From Eledone cirrhosa (lineage: Eukaryota): DNA of 64,000 bases. Made by a program: the position numbers and the translations under genes. The stretch spans positions 6,758,001 to 6,822,000 of the forward strand of contig OZ024762.1 in NCBI GenBank assembly GCA_964016885.1. Direction: 5' to 3'. Numbering within the stretch: position 1 is the first letter of the stretch; each line of letters starts with the position of its first letter. Below the pieces are notes generated by a model, which was not told the origin of the DNA, did no database searches, and was given only the letters and a program-made list of their open reading frames with translations. Shown one piece after another: positions 51,735 through 63,779 of the stretch.

Positions 51735-52350
51735 GTTAGGGTGCTGGACTCATGATCATAAGGTTGTGGGTTCGATTCCTGGACTGGGCAACACATTACA
51801 TTCAGCAAGATGCCTCATTTCAAATAGTTTTTCATGGCAGGACCGGGGCTCTAATCATTAAAACATCCAAGAAACCTTTTATGAGTCAGATAAACCTACA
51901 TATATATGAGCTGAATAACAATATGATAGGACTGGTGTCCCTATCATTAACTCAACCAAGAAACTTTTGATACAGCCCCATAGGATGCCAGCTAAACCTA
52001 CATAGATATGAGCTGAATAACAATATGATAGGACTGGTGTCCCTATCATTAACTCAACCAAGAAACTTCTGATACAGCCCCATAGGATGCCAGCTAAACC
52101 TACATAGATATGAGCTGAATAACAATATGATAGGATTGGTGTCCCTATCATTAACTCAACCAAGAAACTTCTGATACAGCCCCATAGGATGCCAGCTAAA
52201 CCTACATGGGTGTGAGCTGTAAGAACATAAGACTGGGATCCATATCATTAAAACACCTGAGAAACCTCCAAAGAGATGCAACCTCATAGGAGACCGACTA
52301 AACCTACATAGCTGTGAGCTGTAACAACTTAATAAGACTGGGCCCTTATC
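51735..52350 (+). mobile_element. SINE family D with 102-bp tandem body
   Basis: Head with B-box gggttcgattcc; taaacctaca at 51891, 51993, 52095, 52197. Confidence 0.85.
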
Positions 52351-53612
52351 ACTAAAAATGACAGCTTTTACTCTAATACTGCAAATGTTGACATTACAGT
52401 CCAAGCCAGGACTTGGGCTACTGTCTTCCTAGATGGGTCGTCGGCTGAGGTCACATTCGCGACCTTCCATCATAACTTTATGCAAGAACCATTGAAGACA
52501 GTGAGCAGAGGATGGGGAGAAAGGGGAGGATGAAGTAGTGGAGGAGGGGAGGCAGAGGAAGATGAAGAGGCCTAGGTGGGGAGGTGGTGGAAGAGGGAGC
52601 AATAAATAACATCCCTTCTCTGTACACACATACATAATAAGGAGCTGAAAAGATATTTCCTTCTCATTTGGCTAAAGTCAGCTATAGAGAGAGTGAGAGG
52701 GAGAAAGTGGCAGAGAGAGGAAAGACAGACAGAGACAGGAGAGGAAGGGACAGAGGGAGGGAGAGGGAGGGAGAAAGTGGCTGAGAGAAGCGGGAGAGAG
52801 GGAGGGAGAAAGTGGCTGAGAGAAGGGGGAGAGAGAGAGAGGAAGAAAGAATAGAGAGAGAGTTAGAGAGAGGAGGGGGGGGGGCGAGAGAGAAGGAGAT
52901 AGAGAGGGAGAGAGAGATAGAGAGAGGGGGGAGAGAGAGAGGGGGGAGAGAGAGAGGGGGAGAGAGAGAGAGGGGGGGTGGAGAGGGGGAGATAGGGAGG
53001 GAGAGAGAGAGAGAGAGAGAGAGATTAATGGTGAGGTGTCATCTCTAACGAGCCAAGCCAAATATAACACTTTGATGATGTCCCATTAGTAATGAAATTA
53101 AATCTCCCCTATCACCCCCCACCTTCCCTATACAGTTGAGTTGGGAACTGAGAGTTTAAACATATCAGGTTTTAAACAGGAGGCTGACATTTAAAGCACG
53201 ACTGCTAACTTCTTTTGACATTGAATAAGGCCACTGACAAATAATGGCCTAACACACAGCCTGGAAGATCTTTTACGATATAATTTCAAATTGATTGCTT
53301 AAAGCCACAGGATCTCCATTGAAATTCATATTTGATAACACACAGAGAGATGCAAATATGGTCTTAATCTATCCACTGGCAGTATATATAATACATACAT
53401 CTAATTTTCTGTTAATAAAGAATCTCTCCCAGCTGTTTTAGTTACTGGCAATGGGTTCTTAAGTCAAATCACAAATAGAGCAAGGAACTTCAGAAGATAT
53501 ATCAAATTAGCTCTTCATCTCCTGAACCACATGAAACTCCGTTAACATGGCATTGGAAAAGTACAAAACAACACTATGTCTGCATCACAGTACAAATTCA
53601 ATTCTTTATTCA

Positions 53613-53952
53613 TCATTTCATTTTCATTTCATTTTACGTCCGCTTTTCCCTGCTTGCAAGGGTGGGACGGGAACTGATGCTGGCTTGATTTCTACAGCTG
53701 GATGCCCTTCCTAACACCAACCTCATTTACAGTGAGTGCTGGGTGCTTTTTTGCCGTGGCACCTACACGACCACTTTGCAGTGGAATGATAGGGACCCCA
53801 GTCCCTATCATCTCATTTCTACAGCTGAGTAAACTGGAGCAACGTGAAATAAAGTGTCTTGCTCAACGAAACAACACATCACCCGGTCTGAGAATTGAAC
53901 TCACAACCTTTCGATTGCAAGGCCAATGCTCTAACCACTAAGCCATGTGCCT
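53613..53952 (-). mobile_element. Full SINE family A with tail B
   Basis: Close reverse complement of 4963-5303. Confidence 0.9.
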
Positions 53953-53964
53953 CCATATTCGAAT

Positions 53965-54360
53965 ATTGAAAATGTTTGCAATAATCCGTCCACTAATAAA
54001 GATACTACACACTTTTCAATTAACAAACCAGATGACACCACATTAGTAAGATATCCTTGAATGGAGCAAAGTGGTATTACTCTAACACTGTAAATTTTTA
54101 TAACAATCAGTCCACTAATAAAGATACTATAAATATTTGAATTAACAAACTACATGAGTAAGACATTATTGAAAAATACAAAACAACACTATGACTGTAT
54201 CTCATTAAAGATTAAGTCTTTATCATAATACTGAAAATGTTTGCAATAATCTGTCCACGAGTAAAGATATTATAGACATTTGGATTAACAAACCGCATGA
54301 AACCACATTAGCAAGATATTCTTGAAAAGTACAAAACAGAACAGTGATTGCCTCATATTA
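53965..54360. repeat. Degenerate ~130-bp tandem and dispersed repeat family
   Basis: gtccactaataaagatacta...ttaacaaac; homologs near 31860, 35090 and, inverted, 46020-46280 and 55570-55850. Confidence 0.65.
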
Positions 54361-54735
54361 AGGGTTAAACATAGACAGTGTCTTTCATTGGAAATATGGT
54401 AATGAAAGGGTTAAACATAGGTAGTGTCTTTCATTGGAAATATGGTAATGAAAGGGTTAAACATAGGTAGTGTCTTCCACTGGAAATATGGTAATGAAAG
54501 GGTTAAACATAGGTAGTGTCTTTCATTGGAAATATGGTAATGAAAGGGTTAAACATAGGCAGTGTCTTTCATTGGAAATATGGTAATGAAAGGGTTAAAC
54601 ATAGGTAGTGTCTTTCATTGGAAATATGGTAATGAAAGGGTTAAACATAGGCAGTGTCTTTCATTGGAAATATGGTAATGAAAGGGTTAAACATAGGTAG
54701 TGTCTTCCATTGGAAATATGGTAATGAAAGGGTTA
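54360..54735 (+). repeat. 46-bp MITE-terminus array (~8 copies)
   Basis: Same unit as 7330-7830 with a ttggaaat variant. Confidence 0.93.
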
Positions 54736-55861
54736 TTGTATTAATATTACAGACAAGAACAAGAGTTTTAAGTCATTTTCCAATACCTGACAGACGCTTC
54801 ATTTTATTAGAACCAGAAGGATGAAAGGCAATGTTGACCAAAATTACCAATAATAATAATAATAATAATTATATGGTTATATGTTGTGTGACAAAAGTGA
54901 GAAATACAGAGACAGAGAGAGCAAGAGAGGGAGAGAGACAGACAGATATAGAGAGAGTGGAGAAGGAGGAAAGAGTGGGAGAGAGAGAGAGAGACAGATA
55001 AACAGAGAGAGAAAGAGAAATACAGAGAGAAAGAGAAATACAGAGAGAGAGAGAAACAAACAGAACTTGCAAGAGAGGCTGACAGGTAGACAGACATAAA
55101 GAGAGTGGGGGAGAGAGAGAGAGTGAGCAAAAGAGACAGGCTGACAGAATATTGATTGTAGTGGAGAGTGCTCTAAAGTAGCAACAACAGCAACAACAAC
55201 AACAAGATGCCAGACCAGTATGGCTTTCACAACAAGTAGATTCCTATTAGAGTCTTCAACTTTCTTCTCCTTATTAAACGTGAACATATTTCTTGCCTGC
55301 GATACTATTTTTATATGTCGCTGACAAAATTTATTATACAATTATCATGGTACTATCTCTCAGCTACAAAGATATAGAACACCACCAACAACTGTGGAAT
55401 TGATTGAAACTAGCATACAATATGGCACTGAAAATTGTTTAGTCTGGAAGATATATATCTTCAGAATTATGACTAGGTGACTCACTTTCACACACACACA
55501 CACACATGCTTTCCTACATGTTTTTAACGCTTAACAAACTGTATTGATTTACCAAACAATATCCAAATATGGGTTTGTTAATTCAAATGTTTATAGTACC
55601 TTTACTTGAGGACAGATCACTGAAAAGTTACAGTATTTGTGTAAAGATTTGAATTTTTAATGTGATGCCACCATAGTTCTGTTTTTTACTTTTGGTTTCA
55701 TATAGTTTCTTAATTCAAATGTTTATAGTACCTTTACTAATGGAGAAGCCTTTGTGAAAATGTGCAATATTAGAGTAAAAACTTTACCTTTCAATGTGAT
55801 ACAGTCGTAGTGTTGTTTTGTAATTTTCAATAGTGTCTTGATCATGTGGTTTTTTATTTAA

Positions 55862-56079
55862 CCCTTTAGCATTTAAACCGCCCATATCCGGCCAGAATTC
55901 TCTCACCTCTTTCTCTTTAAATTGGCTGTAACTGGCCACTCATACTGATGTTAAGGTATTCTCAAAATAAATAATATCAAAATTTCATAGATTCCATATT
56001 ATGTGAGATAATTATGTGAGGTAAAGCATTTACCATGAAAATATAATAGTATATATAGAGTAATGTAAATGCTAAAGGG
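55862..56079. mobile_element. piggyBac-type MITE (family P1)
   Basis: TTAA flanks at 55858 and 56080; perfect 14-bp TIR ccctttagcattta. Confidence 0.92.
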
Positions 56080-56549
56080 TTAAAATATAGCATCTTTATT
56101 AATGGAAAAATCATTGTGAACTTTTGTAATAAGGTAAAGACTAATTTTTAATCTGCTGCAGTCATAGTACTGTGTCATAGAGAATCCCCCTGAGAATTAC
56201 AATAAGGATGTACGGATCTATGGAATGCTATGTGATATCCTTGGGATAGCTGCACTCAAAAACGGATGACTAAAGATTGGATCTGTTTGTTAGTTTTCTT
56301 TGTGTCGTTTCATTTTTCCTTGAGATATACGAGAACAAGATGTAGTCATTTGACCTGTCTAGTCGGAGAATATGTCAACCTGTCTAACCCAAGCAAGCAT
56401 GGAAAATAAATGGATGATGATGATGATGATATTTCAGAGTTGTATATATATGGTGACTTGAGCTGACTTGTTGAAACTAAAGCAATTACAGCATAGAAGA
56501 GTTCTTTTAGTGGTTTTAGCCATTCATAATACACACACACACAGACTTT

Positions 56550-56962
56550 ATTTTAAAGTGTTTATATCTATCTAAAAACCTTCCAACATAACTTTTTGTG
56601 AGAACATTTGTTATGTTCCAAACATCAGTTTAATGAGAAAGTCATATTATTAAATCTATTTAAATTCTTGATAATTCTCAAAATTATTTGAAAATTATAG
56701 GCAGTGTCTTTCATTAGAAATATGGTAATGAAAAAGTTAAACATAGGTAGTGTCTTCCATTAGAAATATGATAATGAAAGGGTTAAACATAGATAGTGTC
56801 TTACATTAGAAATATGATAATGAAAGGGTTAATGATATAGGCAGTGTGTTTCATTAGAAATATGGTAATGAAAGGGTTAAAGGCATAGACACTGTCTTTC
56901 ATTAGAAATATGGTAATGAAAGGGTTAAAGACATAGACAGTGTCTTTCATTAGAAATATGGT
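56550..56962 (+). mobile_element. MITE P2 body plus 46-bp terminal array (~6 copies)
   Basis: Body as at 10945 and 57923; units end gggttaa. Confidence 0.78.
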
Positions 56963-57922
56963 GCAACATAAAAAAAAAAAAGCAACGTTGGAAAGGACTA
57001 TAAATGCTATAAATAGGAGGGAAAGAACAAGGACTGTAAGGTGAGAAAAGAAAGGAGGAAGGGAGAGGGTGACAGACTCTACACCTGAGATTGAGCAGTG
57101 TTTCAGCTGCACCCCATGAACAAAATGGCAAAGGTGGACAACGGCCAGTGACAACAGCCATCCTGCTTTACTGGGTTCCTTCTTCAGCTACTGTCATTCC
57201 AATTTGCCAGTTTACTGTGTTGTTGATACTGCTTTCATTTGGAAATTATTTTGGGAACTTTTACAAGAAAGAAATTCTTTTTTTTTTTTTTTTTTCCACT
57301 CAGCAATTTCTAAATTAATTCTGTTTAAGATTACTGATACCTTGGTAAAGTTTCTCAGCTATAAATAACTTCTTCTTTCCTTAGCTTTCACAACTAAATA
57401 GAATCTCATTACATAGCTTGCCAAAAAACATTATTATTTATTTATTTATGTTGTTGTTCTTGCTGTTGTTGCTGGGGTTTTTTTTTTTTTTTTTTTCCTG
57501 ATAAATCAGTTAATGGTATTTTCCACTAACTTACAACGTAACATCAGAATCTCTTCACCAGAAAGAAATTCCCACTGCAGATGTTAAATTGTGTCATCAT
57601 CGACATCATCATTGTCAATATTATCATCACCATCATCATCATTACTGCCATCATCATCGTTATCACCATCATGTAATGTCCCTTCTTCCATGCTGGCATG
57701 ATCTGGACTACACTGGGTTGAAGTTGACCAGGCACAAGGCCAGCAATATTGGTGGGGGGGGGGGGGGGGTCAATTACAACGACCCCAATACTTTACTAAT
57801 ACTATATTTTATCAATCGACCCTGAAAGGACAAGTTGACCTCAGCGGGATTTGAACTCAGAATGTTGAGAGCTGAAACAAATACTGCTAAATGTTTGACC
57901 AACGTTCTGACAATGCCCTAAA

Positions 57923-58492
57923 CAACTTAAATAACGAGAAAGTTAGTTACTAAATCCCTCTAAATCTTTCATTATCTTCACAATAATTTGAAAATCATAG
58001 TCAGTGTCTTACATAAGAAATATTGTAACAAAAGAGTTAAAGTGTTTATATTTATCTAAAAACCATCATGATTCTATGTAAGAACCTTTGTTAAGTTATG
58101 TTCCAAACACCAACTTAAATAATGAGAAAGTTAGTTACTAAATCCCTCTAAATCTTTCATTATCTTCACAATAATTTGAAAATCATAGTCAGTGTCTTAC
58201 ATAAGAAATATTGTAACAAAAGAGTTAAAGTGTTTATATTTATCTAAAAACCATCATGATTCTATGTAAGAACCTTTGTTAAGTTATGTTCCAAACACCA
58301 ACTTAAATAATGAGAAAGTTAGTTACTAAATCCCTCTAAATCTTTCATTATCTTCACAATAATTTGAAAATCATAGTCAGTGTCTTACATAAGAAATATT
58401 GTAACAAAAGAGTTAAAGTGTTTATATTTATCTAAAAACCATCATGATTCTATGCAAGAATCTTTGTTAAGTTATGTTCCAAACACCAACTT
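57923..58492 (+). repeat. 188-bp tandem x3 of the MITE P2 body
   Basis: Period 188 (57933, 58121, 58309). Confidence 0.92.
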
Positions 58493-58499
58493 ATTTAAG

Positions 58500-58717
58500 T
58501 TTGCATTCTGAGTTCAACACCCTTTCATTGCCATATTTCAAATGAAAGACATTGCCTAGGCTTTTCAAATAATTTTGAAAATGGTGAAAATTTGGAAAGA
58601 TTTAGTAACTAACTTTCTCATTAAATAATGAGAAAGTTAGTTACTAAATCCCTCCAAATTTTCATCATTTTCAAAATGCGATATAGTAATGAAAGGGTGT
58701 TGAACTCAGAAAGCAAA
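58500..58717. repeat. Fold-back palindrome of MITE P2 end plus flank
   Basis: Centre gatttagtaactaactttctcatt-aaat-aatgagaaagttagttactaaatc; outer arms tctgagttcaacaccctttcatt / aatgaaagggtgttgaactcaga. Confidence 0.88.
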
Positions 58718-58944
58718 GTTCAAAAACTAAATGCTACAAAGCACTTTGTTGGATGCTCTACCAATTCTGACAATTCACCACTCTCCCTAACTGATAATAA
58801 ATTGGTTTCTTAGCATAAGTAGAAATATGTGGAAGTCTCTGAATTGTTGGAAGAGCTGTAACCAACATTGCTGCTTGTGAAATAAAAATGGAGTTGATAG
58901 TGAAGTTGACTTTTAGTGATGGTGTAACATCTATGAGGCTGCTG

Positions 58945-60168
58945 CAGTTGTAACAACAGTAACAACTGTAATAACAGCAGCAATAGTAGCAGTAACAGCA
59001 ACATTATACTGCTATAGTAACAGTAACAACAGCAGCAGCAGTAACAGTATCAGCAGCAGTAACAGTATCAACAGTAACAGCAACAGCACTATACAGCTGT
59101 AGTAACAGCAGCAACAGTAACAGCAACAGCACTATACAGCTGTAGTAACAGTATCAACAGTAACAGCAACAGCACTATACAGCTGTAGTAACGGCAGCAA
59201 CAGTAACAGCAGCAGCACTATACAGCTGTAGTAACGGCAGCAACAGTAACAGCAGCAGCACTATACAGCTGTAGTAACAGCAGCAGCACTATACAGCTGT
59301 AGTAACAGCAGCAACAATAACAGCAGCAGCACTATACAGCTGTAGTAACAGCAGCAACAGCAACAGCAGCATCACTATACAGCTGTAGTAACAACAGCAA
59401 CAGCAGCATCACTATACAGCTGTAGTAACAGCAGCAGCAGCAGCAGCAGTGAAAAGCAGCAATATCACAGCAGCAGCAACAGTGACAGCAACAGTAACAG
59501 CAGCATCACTATACAGCTGTAGTAACAACAGCAGCAGCAGTGAAAAGCAGCAATATCACAGCAGCAGCAACAGTGACAGCAGCAGCACTATACAGCTGTA
59601 GTAGCAACAGCAACAGCAGCATCACTATACAGCTGTAGTAACGGCAGCAACAGTGACAGCAGCATCACTATACAGCTGTAGTAACAACAGCAGCAGCAGC
59701 AGCAGTGAAAAGCAGCAATATCACAGCAGCAGCAACAGTGACAGCAACAGTAACAGCAGCATCACTATACAGCTGTAGTAACAACAGCAGCAGCAGTGAA
59801 AAGCAGCAATATCACAGCAGCAGCAACAGTGACAGCAGCAGCACTATACAGCTGTAGTAACAGCAGCAGCAGTGAAAAGCAGCAATATCACAGCAGCAGC
59901 AACAGCGACAGCAACAGCAACAGCAACAGCAGCATCACTATACAGCTGTAGTAACAGCAGCAGCAGTGAAAAGCAGCAATATCACAGCAGCAGCAACAGT
60001 GACAGCAACAGTAACAGTAGCATCACTATACAGCTGTAGTAACAGCAGCAGCAGTGAAAAGCAGCAATATCACAGCAGCAGCAATAGTAACAGCAGCAGC
60101 AGTGAAAAGCAGCAATATCACAGCAGCAGCAACAGTGACAGCAACAGTAACAACAGCATCACTATAAT
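58945..60168. repeat. CAG/AAC-rich minisatellite with recurring tacagctgta palindrome
   Basis: cactatacagctgtagtaac ~17 times, plus a second motif gtgaaaagcagcaatatcac. Confidence 0.93.
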
Positions 60169-60617
60169 ATAATAAAGTACACATTTTTCAGATTTTTATA
60201 TAGAGTAATATTAGCAATATATAATCACTGTTCTAAAATATCACATCTACAATGTTGAAATAACGAGAAACTTTACCTTAATTACAGGGAAATATGCATA
60301 TCATATTCCTTTAATCAAGGAAATATAAATAAGTTGATAGATGCAACACTTCTCGTTAAGTTATTAATAATATTATTCAACATGGTGATGGCTTCATGTT
60401 GGATTTTGGAAAGATATATTATTGGTACATGTGTTGTGGTAGAAGATAAAAGGGCGGAGGGGGTGGGGGAGGGGATGATGTGTGGGGGGAGGGGGGAAAC
60501 TAAGGAAGAGATTTTTTATTTTTATTTCAAGAAGATGATTGAAACCATTTTGCTCTGGTTTCCCCCTCCACCCTGATCAGATAAATCTTTTGGCTTTTTA
60601 CTAAAGTTCTGCTTTTA

Positions 60618-61010
60618 ATAATTGTTTCTATTTTTTGGCACAAGGCCAGCAAGTACCCCAGTGCATTACTGGTACTTTATTTTATCGACCCCCGTAAAGA
60701 TGAAAGGCAAAAGTTAACCTCGGCGGGATTTGAACTCAGAATGGCAAGGGCCGTAACTCTATGCGTCAAAGCATGGCGTCCGACCCTCTACCGATATTGC
60801 CAATCCACTCTTAATAATGATTTCTGATTTAGGCACAAGGCCAACAATCTTAGGGCAGGGGAAAGTCAATTAAATCGACCCCAGTGCATTACTGGTATTT
60901 TATTTTATCAACCCTGTAAGTATGAAAAGCAAAGCTAATCTCGTCAGGGACGTAACTCTATGCTGCAATGCATGTTGGCTGACACTGTCAACATTGCCAA
61001 TCCCACCACC
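60618..61010 (-). mobile_element. Two adjacent SINE family B copies
   Basis: Matches family B; second copy degenerate. Confidence 0.85.
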
Positions 61011-61059
61011 CTCATTATAATAATAATAATATTGAACATCACCAACATCACCACCACCA

Positions 61060-62130
61060 CCATCATCCTTTTTACATATTTTTTTTCTCCATGCTTGCAT
61101 GGGTTGGCTGGGTATTTTCCAGCACTGGGCTCCCTTATGGAGAGAGATCTGTATGTTGTGTTCCAGTATCATGTCCTCTGTGAAGTGCAACATCACGAGA
61201 TCAGTCCCCACCACCTCTGCCCAGGTTCTTCTTGGTCTCCTTCTTCTACAGCCATCCTCTACCTGTTGCGTTCCCTTTGTCATCTCCTTTGACAAATTAG
61301 TTCTCACCACCTCTGGCCAGATCTTTCTTGGTCTCCTTCTTCTACAGCCATCCTCTACCTGTTGCGTTCCCTTTGTCATCTCCTTTGACAAATTAGTTCT
61401 CACCACCTCTGGCCAGATCTTTCTTGGTCTCCTTCTTCTACAGCCATCCTCTACCTGTTGCGTTCCCTTTATCATCTCCTTTGACAAATTAGTTCTCACC
61501 ACCTCTGGCCAGATCTTTCTTGGTCTCCTTCTTCTACAGCCATCCTCTACCTGTTGCATTCCCTTTGTCATCTCCTTTGACAAATTAGTTCTCACCACCT
61601 CTGGCCAGATCTTTCTTGGTCTCCTTCTTCTACAGCCATCCTCTACCTGTTGCATTCCCTTTGTCATCTCCTTTGACAAATTAGTTCTCACCACCTCTGG
61701 CCAGATCTTTCTTGGTCTCCTTCTTCTACAGCCATCCTCTACCTGTTGCATTCCCTTTGTCATCTCCTTTGACAAATTAGTTCTCACCACCTCTGGCCAG
61801 ATCTTTCTTGGTCTTCCTTTTTCAGCAGCCTCCTTCCACTTGTGTTCCTTCATCAATTTTAGTGCTTTGAGATCAGCTCGCATGACTTCTGCCCAGGTCT
61901 TCTTCATCTGCAGCTTCTCTTCATTTCAGGCATTCCTCCATCATCTCTTCTGTGAGGTTTAGAATCCTGAGATCAGTTATCACTTTACTACTTCTACCCA
62001 GGTCATCCTTGGTCTTCCTCTTACACAGCCTCTCTCCACTTGTATTCCTTTATCATCTCCTCTGTGAGGTTTGGTATTGTGAGATAAGCTTTCATCATCT
62101 CTGTCCTGGTTTTCTTGGTCTTCCTCTACT
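61060..62130 (-). mobile_element. RTE C-terminal fragments with a 96-bp tandem amplification (~6.5 copies)
   Basis: 32-aa repeat RRRPRKIWPEVVRTNLSKEMTKG.QQVEDGCR derived from the GRPRKTW motif. Confidence 0.9.
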
Positions 62131-62729
62131 GTATATCTATATACTACTAAAACTCTGTGATTGCTTGCTTGTCTGTAATGTAATACAGCCAAAAGGGCGC
62201 ATAATGGGAGAATACTTTGAAAGGAAGTTGACCCTGAAATGGGAATACAAATGGAATAAAATAAGTTTCGCGTAAATCGGAGCACGGGTTCCCAAGATAT
62301 GGGGTTTTTCCTAAATAGAGAGAGAGAAGGATAGAAAGAGATAGTGGTTGTGAGAGAGTAGATTGAAAGAGAGACATAGAGAGAGGGGGAGAGGAGACAG
62401 AGAAGGAGAATGAGAGAGAGAGAGAGAGAGAGAGCTGGTGCGGTTGTTGTGTATATATGTGTGTGTGTCTATGACCAGTGTATATAGATCACAGACACCC
62501 ACATATATATATATATATATACACATACATATATATATATACATATATATATGTATACACACACACATATTTATATATATATACACATTATATATTTATA
62601 TATACACATGTATATATATATGGGCCTTCTAGTTTCATTTCACATTATATACATGTCTGTGTATATTTTAATTATTCAAAAATTATTTTTAAATGAACAT
62701 GATTTAAAAGAAATATTTTGAAGTGAAAT

Positions 62730-63541
62730 CTGAATATAAGCTGACCCCTACAGACCCCATTTATAAGCGGAGGCAGCTAATCAACACATTATGTTTAGAT
62801 GGCGTGGTTTTAAAATTCTCATGAGTATAAATTATCTTTATGAAAAGTTTTAATATTTTGATGTTTAAAATGATTGATGTTTAAATGTTGTTTAGAATAT
62901 AGTTTTGTTTCACAAATGTAGTTTCTATTGTGTTAAGTTTCAACAAGTTTCTTGAATTTTTGTTTACTTCTGGCCATTAACATGCTGAGAGTAGTTGAGA
63001 ACAAGAGTTTGAATAAGAGAACTTTGTAGAGGGATTCATTGAATAGAAGAGGGAGGGAGAGACAGCAAATGAGAACGAGGAGAGGCAGAGTGAGAGCGAG
63101 GAGAGGCAGACTGAGAAAAAACAGAGGAGTGAGTGAGAAGGGAGGGAGAGTAATAAAATCAAATTAGAAGACTGAAAGAAAAACATGTATATATATGCAC
63201 GTGGGCATGCATGTGTGTGTGCACGCATGTGTGTGTGTGCACGCATGCGCGTGTGCATGTATATGGGATATTTATGAATTATAAAAATTCAAAGTATAAA
63301 AATTTGTTGGAAATATTTTCAAGAGAATCCATAAATAACAGCAATGGTGATGTAGTAAATGTAGAAAAACGGTATTTCATTGTGAAATAATCACTCCAGA
63401 TATTTTATCACATTATTTTTAGAATTTGAAGTAGGTGAAAATCATCAAAATATTGACCCCAAATATTATCTGACCCTGTCCCATTTTACCATCATTTTTT
63501 TGGTCAGATATTGCTCGGCTTGTATTTGAATATATACAGTA
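62730..63541. mobile_element. Possible ends of a Tc2/pogo-like DNA element
   Basis: tataagctgaccc...tataagcggaggcagctaat and ctcggcttgtatttgaatatatacagta resemble Tc2-type termini (from memory). Confidence 0.45.
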
Positions 63542-63563
63542 TGTGGTAAATGATGGTTTAAAC

Positions 63564-63775
63564 CAGTCATGGGCAACCTGCGGCCCACAAAGCTTTCTGA
63601 ATGGCTCGCCTAAGTCACCTAAGTGAAATCTTTCTGATTTTTTTTTAGCCCAACTTTTCAGTCAAAATTTATCTTTCTATCATTTTTACGATCGAGGAAA
63701 ACATGTACGAAATCTGAAGAAACAAATCAAAACAACCTGAGTTATCACCCTTTTTTTTTTTTAATGTGGTCACGA
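63564..63775 (+). mobile_element. hAT-like MITE 5' end
   Basis: cagtcatgggcaacctgcggccc is typical of hAT-Charlie-type termini. Confidence 0.6.
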
Positions 63776-63779
63776 ATGT

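Noticed and set aside
52438-52480. SECIS-like ATGA-N12-AA...GA on the minus strand
   Set aside because: Only 13 nt between AA and GA, a non-canonical quartet, and no associated selenoprotein exon
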